DNA of 47,045 bases, from positions 54,539,431 to 54,586,475 of the forward strand of contig NC_068994.1 of the NCBI RefSeq assembly GCF_001194135.2, in the 5' to 3' direction. The notes below the pieces were generated by a model. It worked only from the letters and a program-made list of their open reading frames with translations. It was not told where the DNA came from and did not search any database. This document shows, piece by piece, positions 36,581 through 47,045 of the stretch (its first letter is position 1; every line of letters starts with the position of its first letter). Origin of the DNA: Octopus bimaculoides (lineage: Eukaryota). The position numbers and the translations under genes are program-made.

Positions 36581-36915
36581 GCGGGTGCCTCAGTGGTTAG
36601 AGTGTCGAGCTTACAATCGTGAGGTTGTGAGTTCGAATCCCGGACCGAGCTGCGTGTTGTGTTCTTGAGCAAGACACTTTATTTCACTTTGCTTTAGTTC
36701 ACTCAGCTGTAGAAATGAGTTGCGACGTCACAGGTGCCAAGCTGTATCGGCCACTTTGCCTTTCCCTTGGATAACACTGGTGGCGTGAAGAGGGGAGGCT
36801 GGTATGCATGGGCGACTGCTGGTCTTCCATAAACAACCTTGCCCGCACTTGTGCCTAGGAGGGTAACTTCCTAGGTGCAATCCCATGGTCAGTCATGACC
36901 GAAGGGGGGTGAGTC
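36581..36915 (+). mobile_element. SINE family D: tRNA-derived head with clear A and B boxes, CORE-like body
   Basis: CCTCAGTGGTTAGAG (A box), GTTCGAATCC at 36631-36640 (B box), then GTGTTCTTGAGCAAGACACTTTATTTCAC...CACTCAGCTGTAGAAATGAGT. Single copy in this window. Confidence 0.8.
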
Positions 36916-36979
36916 TCAACATACAGACGTATATAGATATATAGACACATACATGTGCATACATACAGAGGTATACATA

Positions 36980-37014
<35 letters not shown>

Positions 37015-37185
37015 GCACATATTAAAGATAAATACACATATATATATAGAAATATATATGCATATATATATATATATGCGTACACACATATACATATATG
37101 CACGCATACATGCATGCATATATACATACACACATACAAGTATATACACAAGTACATACTCATATATATATATATAATATATATA

Positions 37186-37223
<38 letters not shown>

Positions 37224-37226
<3 letters not shown>

Positions 37227-37520
37227 GAGAATATACAAAAAATAACAACAGACGAGGACAGGTGGTGTAAATAACAAAAGTATATATTAGTATGACGCTC
37301 GGGAATACGGAAAGTCTTTGACGTTTCGAGCTATATATATATATATATATGCATATATGGATACAGGACATCACGAAGAGTAAACATGAAATACGAAACG
37401 AAACAAATGAGTTGAATACGCAAACAACGAGAGAAACAAATGGAAAACTGGACAAGTAACACAAAGAACGACCCTTCATCAGTTATCGGTTGTCTATCTA
37501 CTCCTCATTTCAAGCATTGT
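37224..37520. mobile_element. Penelope-like element terminal-repeat fragments embedded in (TA)n
   Basis: TATTAGTATGACGCTCGGGAATACGGAAAGTCTTTGACGTTTCGAGC (37283-37331) has a second copy at 9941-9991. The ACGTTTCG motif is typical of Penelope-type termini (recalled, not searched). Confidence 0.45.
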
Positions 37521-38299
37521 ACAAACAGCTTTTGGGAGCTTTTTTTGAAGCACAATAGTCATGGCTAGCAATGCTTTGGGCAACAAGGGCAGAGATTTGT
37601 GGTATATATTCCTAAATCTTCTCTTTTGTCTTGTGCTCATGCTGTGAGATAGTTTGACCGTGTATGAGGAAGTCTGGTGCACATATCAGCAAAGCGATCA
37701 AGAATCTTATTCTTTATAGCAAAAGTTTTGGTACTATAGAAAAGGAATACTCTCGACACACGCCCGGAAGAGGGCCAGCCTTGTCTTTGAAATACTAGAT
37801 TACCATTGTTACAGGCACTTGTAGCTTATTCTTTGCGTGTCAGGAAGTCATCGTTACTGTCAGCAGTGTGTAACCGAAAGTACTTAAAGATATTGACCTA
37901 CTTGACTGTAGTCTATATGTGTGTGTGTGTATTGTCGTATAAAAGTCTATCAACTGTAAGGATAAAATTAAAAAATGCCAAAATATTTTATATCCTTAGA
38001 GATAGATAATACTGTGAAAGTTTAGAAACGGTGCTGAATATGGTAAGCTTGAAGACTTTCATTGAAACGAACTAATGGATGTATACGAAAATATAATATA
38101 CCTAATTAAAAAGTTAAGTCTACAACATAGTCGTGATTTTCATACATACTTAAAAGAAAGCTGCTCTCAATATCATATATATATATATATTTATTTATTT
38201 ATTTATACACTTGCATATAGCACACCTGGCAAGATGCTTAGCGGCATTTCGTCCTGAGTTCAAATACTGAGTTTAAATTCCGCCGTCTTTAAGTATTGA

Positions 38300-39359
38300 G
38301 TCTTTTTTCTCCGAGGGGCGCATACCTGCAAAGACTTTTATTTCTAGTGGCGAAAACTCAGCTGCAGAATTCCATATATTAGCATCAAGCTTCCAGAATT
38401 TAAACTGTCGGCCGCTTCTTGTAAAAGGAAATGTTGCAAAATGCTTTCAAAGCAAAACCACTTCTATCACTGCGAAAATTCTAGTTCTTGTAAGGGTTAC
38501 GCTAAATTCTAATCTAGTTGCGATCTTGCGATCAAATAAGAAAGCTTGAATAACTAAGAGCCTTTTCCAAGATCGGTTTACAAACATTTTACGCTCTGTT
38601 GTAGAAAGGAAGGAATGGTGTCAAATGTGATACTTCGAAAAAACCTTTGCTCTTTTTTACACAATAGACAGAGTTACCCAGGAGACTTAACGATGATTTT
38701 GACGATTTGAAAGTGGAATATATCCCCAAAGAACGCAGGTTCTTTGTTGCAGCCAATCGATCATGGTGTGATAATTAACTTCAAAGCAAATTATTTGAGA
38801 ACTTTTAGATAGCTTATGAAAGTAACAGAGAGAGGACAGACCTATAAACTAGAGGCTACAGGAAAAAATTCAACATAATCAGTGCTGTGGATATCGTAGT
38901 CGTGACAGAAGACGAAATGAGACCCCTGGGATTGAGCTGTGACTAGAAACATTATACAATCAGACTGCATCGCGACTTTACTTCTTTTTCATCAGCTGAA
39001 GGTCTACCTTAAGTTTATCAAGGTGACACTGGGAAATGATGTATAAAGTTTATTGAAGTTGTAGAGAAAAATATGGGCAAGTTGCTAGGGCCCCACAGCG
39101 AAAGTTCTTCTAATGAAGAACTGATGCTTCTAGAACAAAAGTGAGCTGCAGGGTACGAAGTGGATATGAAAGCGCTAATCATTCCATTTTAGTTAATTCA
39201 AAGACTATGACTAGAGTGTTGGCACCTATAGAGGAAATGTTGCAAGGCTTTACGAAAAACGATCCTAACCGCGAACGTAATATTCAAAGAGTTCATAATG
39301 GACTCAGTTCTTACACAGAGTTTCATAAACGTATAGGAAGTTATAAAAACTCATTTTGA
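38300..39359 (+). pseudogene. Tigger/pogo (CENP-B-like, DDE_1) transposase fossil
   Basis: KTFISSGENSAAEF, RSNKKA*ITKSLFQDRFTN (38529), LLQPIDHGVIINFKANYLRTFR (D at 38759), HSESSSNEELMLLEQ, NDPNRER; many stops and frameshifts. Confidence 0.85.
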
Positions 39360-40427
39360 ATAAGTTCCCTCTTGGAGTAGAAGTTGATGGTATGATTTGC
39401 AGGGCAGAAGATAGTACATCTTTTCCTGCCAGTAAATCCACACTGCATTAACTCCTATCACAAAGTAATCGATATCGATTTTCCTTTTGTGGTGAGCTGT
39501 ACCCAACAAAGATGTTACTAAATTTTCTTCATTCGGTTATGTATTTCACATCAAATGTTTTTTTATGTACAAACGCTACACAGTGTGTATGATCAAAAAT
39601 TGTTATTTCCATGCATAAAAGCGGTCGTGTAACATTTTACTGATAAAAAAATTTCAGTTTATAACACAAGAATCAATGGGAAATGTAAACACATGTATGT
39701 ATAAAATTCGATGTACCTATGTAAAAACTATATACATACATATATATATATATANNNNNNNNNNNNNNNNNNNNNNNNNNNNNNNNNNNNNNNNNNNNNN
39801 NNNNNNNNNNNNNNNNNNNNNNNNNNNNNNNNNNNNNNNNNNNNNNNNNNNNNNNNNNNNNNNNNNNNNNNNNNNNNNNNNNNNNNNNNNNNNNNNNNNN
39901 NNNNNNNNNNNNNNNNNNNNNNNNNNNNNNNNNNNNNNNNNNNNNNNNNNNNNNNNNNNNNNNNNNNNNNNNNNNNNNNNNNNNNNNNNNNNNNNNNNNN
40001 NNNNNNNNNNNNNNNNNNNNNNNNNNNNNNNNNNNNNNNNNNNNNNNNNNNNNNNNNNNNNNNNNNNNNNNNNNNNNNNNNNNNNNNNNNNNNNNNNNNN
40101 NNNNNNNNNNNNNNNNNNNNNNNNNNNNNNNNNNNNNNNNNNNNNNNNNNNNNNNNNNNNNNNNNNNNNNNNNNNNNNNNNNNNNNNNNNNNNNNNNNNN
40201 NNNNNNNNNNNNNNNNNNNNNNNNNNNNNNNNNNNNNNNNNNNGATTTAGTAAAAAAAAAAGTAATATCCCACCAGCAATCTGGTTCTTGGGACACATTT
40301 TAACATGAAATTTTTATAGACGATTTCAATTAAGATCTCTTCGAAACAGGAAGTATGTTTTAGAGAACCATACGAGTTGTCTGGTGGATTGATATGAAAA
40401 TGGTTAATTGAGGTATTTTAATAATGG

Positions 40428-41742
40428 TTTCAAATTTCGGCAGAAGGCCAGCAGTTTTGGGGATGAGCTAAGTTGATTTTATCGACTCCAGTGCTCGACT
40501 GGTACTTATTTTATCGACTCCGAAAGGATGGAAAGCAAAGTCAACTATTACGGAATTTGAATTCAGAACATAAAGACAGATGAAATGCTGCTAAGCATTT
40601 TGTCCGGCATGATAAAGATTCTGCCAGCTCACCACCTTCAGGAATTTTAATTAGAACTGCTTTTCAATATATACTCTTAATTTATTTTGTGTGGAATCTA
40701 ATTATCTCCCGATAATGTTGCAGACAAAAGTATTGCACTTTGTTTAAACATGATTTGATATCAGCAGATAGAAATTGTTAGTCTTCCGTGGTATTTGAAA
40801 CCGCCTACTAACTTTTTGAATATGTGATCATTAGATAATATTTTTTTTCCTTTTTATTATAGGCACAAACCCTGAAAACTTAAGTGGGGATGTTGATATT
40901 TACATCGACCCCGGTGCCCAACTGATACTTATTTTAGCGACCCCGAAAGGATGAAAGGCAAAATCGACCTCAATAATATTTGAAATCTGGACGTAATGCC
41001 GGAAGAAATGTGCTAAGCATTTTACAAGGCGCGGGAACAATTCTGCTGGTTTTCCGCCTAAAATGATGAATTTTAATAACCGTATGTTAAACTTAGCTCT
41101 TGCACAATTTTCATGGTCCAACCTTATTCTAGGTTCTTAATATAATTACTTGATATGTCTGTACAACAAATAGCGAAGCTTTCTGGGAAAGATATCTCTT
41201 GAGCAGTACCTTAGAGTGTTTTTAACTAAAAATTAAATGCGAGGTACACTGTGAGGTTGATTCAGTTACGTGTTACTCGAAGCCTGTATATTGATATTGG
41301 AAATACGTAAATGATTCCAAAAGATTCGGTTTTCAAAGAATACCGGAAAAGATTCAACTACATCACAAAAAAAAAAACTGTATTTAAATAACATTACATA
41401 CAAAAAGCCATTTCATAAAACTTGTTCTAATCTAAATCAGTTAAGTTTTGAAGAAATATATCTCTCAATATTCGGCAACTGGGCAACACCATGTGTTTTT
41501 ATGTGTGTGTGTGTGTGTGTGCGTGTGAGAACACGAGAGTGTGTGTGTGAAAGAGAGAGAGAGGGTGAGAGAAAGAATGAGAGTGAATTTTATGTGCACA
41601 CATTAATATGCGTATACATTTACATACATATATACACATACATGCAGGCGCATACTTGCACATACACATTTTCCCAGACGTAACCACACAGGCACGCACG
41701 TACAGAGACATAATCACACATGCATACATGCCACACGCACCC

Positions 41743-41784
<42 letters not shown>

Positions 41785-42152
41785 CATGTGTGTTCATCAA
41801 TTTTGTTTACAATGCTAACCCAATAAGCAAACAGCTACAGAATGAAACACAATCTAACATTGTTTTCAGCAAAAAGAAAGAATCATTCTCAAATCATATG
41901 ACATGTCTCCTACTATGATATTGACATACGCAATATTAATTCCAAATTTTGGCACGAGGCCAGCAATTTCGGAGCAGTGGGTGAGTTGATCACACCGACC
42001 CCCACTGCTCAGTTGGCACTTATTTCATCGACCCTGAATGGATAAAAGGCAAAGCCGACCTTGACGGGATTTGAACTCAGAACGTAAAGACGGGCGAAAT
42101 GCTGCAAAGCATTTCGCCCAGTGTGCTAATGATTCTGCCAGCTTTCCGCCTT
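40428..42152 (-). mobile_element. Three SINE family B copies (40428-40637, 40855-41058, 41938-42152)
   Basis: Each has the TCGACCCC/GACTCC...CTGGTACTT...GAAAGGATG...GAATTTGAA...TGCTAAGCATTT...TTCTGCCAGC layout. Confidence 0.85.
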
Positions 42153-42889
42153 GGACGATGTACGCAATACCAAGAATTATCATGTAAGCCTTTAGTTCAA
42201 CACTCTAAAACATTCCTAAAAATGTGTCTGAAAGCTATTTACCACCATGGAATAACCGAATACATACGTATGTGTGTGTGTGTGTGTGTGAAATGTAGTG
42301 TTTATAGGCTATAAGTAAAGAGCTTGTTGTAAACAGTAGCAAATATTATTCCTACTCAACCTAAGGTCAGGCTTGTTTGAGCAGGCTTATGCTTAAAATG
42401 CAGCCAGCATTCTCTCATGTCGTATATGGAAGAACCAAAGTGTTTGTTTTTCGTCATATGACGGGTAATTTTCGAAGTATGCTTTTCAACCAAGGGTAAT
42501 GTCAGAAAGTCAGTATGAGAAGTACACGTAAGCCTATGCTATCGTAATACAACAGTATTACAAAAGCCTTAGAGTGCCTTTAGTAAATTAGAAGAGGTAC
42601 ACCAAGGGAAGTTGAAAAAGGCTAAATCGGCTTAGCAGGAACTTCCATCCATCCATCTAATGTCAGAAAATAAGGCATGCACACAATAATTATAATCTGT
42701 TTTATCAAATTTCTTGGAAATCATACAAAATGATGAAACGAATACTAATTTTCCAACGGAAACTATTTATTACCTTAAAATAAAATTAAATCTAACAAGT
42801 TTCCCGTTTGTATGTTTGCAGTAAACCTTGTTATTTTGCTTAATTTTATCAACAGTCCACTTCATTGAAGAATATTCTGTTTCTTTTTT

Positions 42890-43300
42890 TTGACTCGTTG
42901 CAGTCATTAGACTGCGGCCATGCTGGGACATCGCCTTGAAAAATGTTTATCTGAATAAATCAACTCTAGTACTTATTACTATTATTTCTTAAACCTGGTA
43001 CTTATTTTATCGGTATCTTTTGCCGAACCACTAAGTTATAGGAATGTGAACACACCAACACCGGTTGTCAAACGGTAGTTGGAAATAAACAGACACAAAT
43101 AAACACACACACACACACACATATATACACACACACACCACACGTATATATATATACGTCGAGCTTCTTTCAATTTCCGTCTACCAAATCCACTCACAGG
43201 CTTTTGGTCGGCTTAAGGTTATAGTAGAAGACATTTACCCAATTTGTCATGCAGTGGGACTGAACACGGAAGCTTTTTATCACAAACCGCCCCTGTGCCT
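42890..43300 (-). mobile_element. SINE family A, full-length
   Basis: 3' module, (CA/TA)n spacer and CGTCGAGCTTCTTTCAATTTCCGTCTACCAAATCCACTCAC body; head partly deleted. Confidence 0.85.
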
Positions 43301-43869
43301 ATAATCGTCTATTTCTGCAAAAAATATCGACCCCCCCCCCCCNNNNNNNNNNNNNNNNNNNNNNNNNNNNNNNNNNNNNNNNNNNNNNNNNNNNNNNNNN
43401 NNNNNNNNNNNNNNNNNNNNNNNNNNNNNNNNNNNNNNNNNNNNNNNNNNNNNNNNNNNNNNNNNNNNNNNNNNNNNNNNNNNNNNNNNNNNNNNNNNNN
43501 NNNNNNNNNNNNNNNNNNNNNNNNNNNNNNNNNNNNNNNNNNNNNNNNNNNNNNNNNNNNNNNNNNNNNNNNNNNNNNNNNNNNNNNNNNNNNNNNNNNN
43601 NNNNNNNNNNNNNNNNNNNNNNNNNNNNNNNNNNNNNNNNNNNNNNNNNNNNNNNNNNNNNNNNNNNNNNNNNNNNNNNNNNNNNNNNNNNNNNNNNNNN
43701 NNNNNNNNNNNNNNNNNNNNNNNNNNNNNNNNNNNNNNNNNNNNNNNNNNNNNNNNNNNNNNNNNNNNNNNNNNNNNNNNNNNNNNNNNNNNNNNNNNNN
43801 NNNNNNNNNNNNNNNNNNNNNNNNNNNNNNNNNNNNNNNNNNNNATATATATACTTACAGAGTGGTAAA

Positions 43870-44200
43870 GTACCAACTGAAATTCGGCTACTTTGACTTA
43901 AATGATTTAGATAAAGAAAAAAAAAGGATGAAGGAGACAAGATGTGAACGTCAATGATGGCTTAAATGTTTTCGGTAGAAACCAGAAACAAAAGCGGAGC
44001 TGGTTATAACTACACAAGACCAATGCTTAAATATTTTGCTCAAAAAATCTACAGTGAAAAAAATGCTAGGATCAAGTGCAGGTGTAATGTAATTGGTGCA
44101 ATGAGGCCGCTGACTACATCATCTCCTGCAGCTCAGTCCTTGGATAGTTAATGTATGCTTAGAGGAACGACCGGTGGAACTATATGGTTAAACTTCGACA
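43870..44200 (+). pseudogene. Second RLE-type non-LTR retrotransposon fossil (zinc-knuckle region)
   Basis: LDKEK...Q*WLK, KAELVITTQDQCLN (QDQ at 44015-44023), KCRCN (44074), DYIISCSSVL (44112), RNDR. Parallels the WL..SGLKAETEG.I.AAQDQ.L...CR.C......HIISGC..L....RHD motif. Confidence 0.55.
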
Positions 44201-44361
44201 ATGAGCAGGGAGGCATAAAAAAACAAAAAAAAACAAAAATTGTACCAAACACGACCTGGCGACTTTCAAGTGTACTTCATGTTTGAAGCTCCGATAAAGC
44301 TATAGAGTGATATACAAGCATTCAATTGCGAGTGCGTTGCATCTTACAGTAGGAACAACAC

Positions 44362-44511
44362 TCTTTTCTACTCCCGACACAAGGCCCGAAATTTTTTGGG
44401 GAGGGAGGGAGGCAGTCGATTAGATAGACTCCAGTACGCAACTGGTACTTAATTTATCGCCCCTCCGAAAGGATGAAAGGCAAAGTCGACCTCAGCGGAA
44501 TTTGAACTCAG
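44362..44511 (-). mobile_element. SINE family B, 3' two-thirds
   Basis: CTTTTCTACTCCCGACACAAGGCCCGAAATT...GAAAGGATGAAAGGCAAAGTCGACCTCAGCGGAATTTGAACTCAG. Confidence 0.85.
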
Positions 44512-44673
44512 CAGAAACAACATCAAGCTAATGAAGTTCACGCAACAATTTTTTTCTTCATTTCAATTTCTTATTATAGCTCTATACTAGATCGATCCTT
44601 TGTTCCGAAGCGTATGTCTACTGAGTCCTAGCACCAAGTTATTAGTGTCACCATGCCTAAGTGAAATAATAAT

Positions 44674-44704
<31 letters not shown>

Positions 44705-44844
44705 GCAGACATGCATGATGACCTCATCATCCCTTGCAAAAATATTGTCCGAAAAGGATTTGTGGTTATGGCTTCGGGCATGTCAGTATATCTAACAGGA
44801 GAAAGTGGCTTTGGCGATTAAGAAGAGGCAGACACATGGCGATA

Positions 44845-45598
44845 TTTGATAAGTACCAGCTGAGTACGGGGGTCGAGGTAATCGACTAGCACACTCCCCA
44901 CAAATTTCAGGCCTTGTGCCTATAGTAGACAGGATTATTATTATTATTATTATTATTATTATCATCATCATCATCATCATCAAGGCGGCGAAGTGGCAGA
45001 ATCGTTAGCACGCTGGGTGAAATGCTTAGTGGTATTTCGTCTGCTGCTAAGCTCTGAGTTCAAATTCCACCGAGGTCGACTTTGCCTTTCATCCTTACGG
45101 GGTCGATAAATTAAGTACCAGTGAAGTACTGGGGTCGATCTTATCGACTGGCCCCCTTCCCACAAATTTGAGGCCTTGCTCATCTAGTAGAAAGGATTAT
45201 TATTATTATTATTATTATTATTAATAATAATAATAATATTCAAGGTTGGCAGAATGGTTAGCATGCCAAGTAAAATGCTTAGTGACATTTCATCCGTCTT
45301 TACATTCTGAGTTCAAATTCCATCGAGGTCGACTTTGCCTTTCGTCCTTTTGGGGTCGATAAATTAAGTACCAGTTTCGTACTGGGGTTGATGTAATCGA
45401 CTGTCCCCCTCCCCCAAAATTACAGGCATTATGACCAGAGTAGAAAGGATTATTATTATCAACGTTCAAGGCACACGAGCTGGCAGAATCGTTAGCACGC
45501 TGGGCAAAATGTCTAGCGGTATTTTACGTTTCGAGTTCAAATTCCACCGGGGTCGATAAGATAAGTGTCAGTTGAACACTGGGGCCGATGTAATCGAC
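44845..45598 (+). mobile_element. Head-to-tail array of four SINE family B copies joined by (TAT)n/(CAT)n linkers
   Basis: Units 44845-44935, 44981-45198, 45241-45450 and 45467-45598 (into gap). The last three each start CAAGG shortly after a triplet-repeat tail. Confidence 0.9.
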
Positions 45599-45877
45599 NN
45601 NNNNNNNNNNNNNNNNNNNNNNNNNNNNNNNNNNNNNNNNNNNNNNNNNNNNNNNNNNNNNNNNNNNNNNNNNNNNNNNNNNNNNNNNNNNNNNNNNNNN
45701 NNNNNNNNNNNNNNNNNNNNNNNNNNNNNNNNNNNNNNNNNNNNNNNNNNNNNNNNNNNNNNNNNNNNNNNNNNNNNNNNNNNNNNNNNNNNNNNNNNNN
45801 NNNNNNNNNNNNNNNNNNNNNNNNNNNNNNNNNNNNNNNNNNNAAATAACCCTTTCTGCTTTAGCCACACGGAATGA

Positions 45878-46592
45878 AACTTTTGGGGAAGGGGCTGGTC
45901 AATTACATCGACCCCCGTTGCTCAACTGGTATTTCTTTCATCGACCCTGAAAAATTTAGAGGCAAAGTCGACGTCGGTAGAATTTGAACTCAGAATGAAG
46001 GGGTCGAAAGAAATGTCGCTAATCATTTTCTCAATGCAGCAACAATTCCGCCAGCTGAACCAATGCTTCTTCTTTTCTACTCTAGGCATAAGGCATGAAA
46101 TTTTTCGGGAGGGGAGGCCAGTCGATTAGATCGACCCCAGTGCTTCACTGGTACTTAATTTATCGACCCTGAAAGGATGAAAGGCAAAGTCGACCTCGGG
46201 GGAGTTTGAACTCAGAACGTGAAGACAGTTTAAATACCTCCTTAGCTTAACCAATAACTATTAAAAACATCAGGTAGGAGTTTTTTTTAAGAAAAACAAT
46301 GAAGAAAGGCATGCACACCATTACAAGGTTTGAACAAAAATAAGCAGAAAGGTATTATTCGGGAGATGGCACGGAATGGAGGGGTGGAGTGGGTGTGTGC
46401 AAAATATTGGTTTAAAATGTTTGCACAAAGCCAGCAATTTCGGGGGAAGGGGTAGCTCGGTTACATCGACTCCAGTGCTCAACCGGTATTTATTTTATCG
46501 ATTCTGACCAACCTCGCTAGATTTTGAACTAAAAACGTGAAGACGGAATACCGCTGAGGATTTTGCCTGCTGTGCTAATGATTCTGCCAGCT
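45878..46592 (-). mobile_element. Three SINE family B copies (45878-46036, 46072-46228, 46405-46592)
   Basis: Same family in the opposite orientation to the preceding array; the first two are nearly tandem. Confidence 0.85.
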
Positions 46593-46876
46593 TGCAAGGA
46601 CTTCTTTCACAGAAGGTAACAACCACCCGATTCCTTGTCCCTTTTTTGTTCTCCATAAGGTAGTGATAGCTATTCCGAAAGTCCGCCGATCGGAGATTTA
46701 TAGCTGTTTCGTGAGGCAGGTGTAAATAGGAAACAAAATTACCAAAAGCCAAATTCTAAAACTAAAAGAAGCCTCTGCTAAACATAACCTATAATTGTAC
46801 CAAAAATATACTTTCAACTCAATAACGGAACTCCACACACGGCACGCACTCTTCGCACAGTTTCCATCCAATACAG

Positions 46877-47045
46877 TAAGGCGGCGAGCTGGCCGAAACG
46901 TTAGCACGCCGGGCGAAATGCTTAGCGGTATTTCGTCTGTCTTTACGTTCTGAGTCCAAATTCCGCCCAGGTCGACTTTGCCTTTCATCCTTTCGGGGTC
47001 GATAAACTAAGTACGAGTTGCCTACTGGGGTCGATCTAATCGACT
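46877..47045 (+). mobile_element. SINE family B, young-looking copy cut by the window end
   Basis: TAAGGCGGCGAGCTGGCCGAAACGTTAGCACGCCGGGCGAAATGCTTAGCGGTATTTCGTCTGTCTTTACGTTCTGAGTCCAAATTCCGCC... Confidence 0.9.

Noticed and set aside
37320-37482. CUGAUGA (37482-37476) and GAAAC (37327-37323) on the same strand as a split hammerhead
   Set aside because: About 140 nt apart with no convincing stem I or stem II pairing.
37663-37800. MRKSGAHISKAIKNLILYSKSFGTIEK...PGRG resembling a Tc1 N-terminal HTH
   Set aside because: Similarity too weak to support without a profile search.
44845-46600. Regularly spaced repeats superficially like a CRISPR array
   Set aside because: Units are about 200-bp SINEs with microsatellite linkers in a eukaryotic context; no cas genes.

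Overview
AT-rich, repeat-saturated eukaryotic genomic DNA from a gapped draft assembly (14 N-gaps, about 4.1 kb, most beside microsatellites). The dense (TA)n/(CA)n/(GA)n tracts and tRNA-derived SINE families resemble those I recall from octopus genomes. That assignment is inference, not a database result. No complete host gene, RNA gene or CRISPR array is supportable, and most ORFs in the track are translated microsatellites or gaps. The window is a layered transposon graveyard. Coding fossils: a Tc1 transposase with DD36E spacing (27454-28345), a hAT/Buster transposase (16490-17070), a Tigger/pogo transposase (38300-39359), two RLE-type non-LTR retrotransposon fragments (25170-25770, 43870-44200) and a weak piggyBac-like remnant. 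Structurally defined non-autonomous elements: a hAT MITE with an 8-bp TSD and nested SINE (438-1181), a Helentron-like HINE (15448-15812), a MITE with a 9-bp TSD (18298-18763) and a Tc1-derived fold-back MITE with TA TSD (34446-34802). About 35 copies of two modular SINE families occur, including head-to-tail arrays at 44845-46600. A few isolated minus-strand splice-site pairs and a CpG-rich segment near 32270-33160 may belong to an unidentified host transcript. SINE and fossil boundaries are approximate (about +/-10-20 bp).
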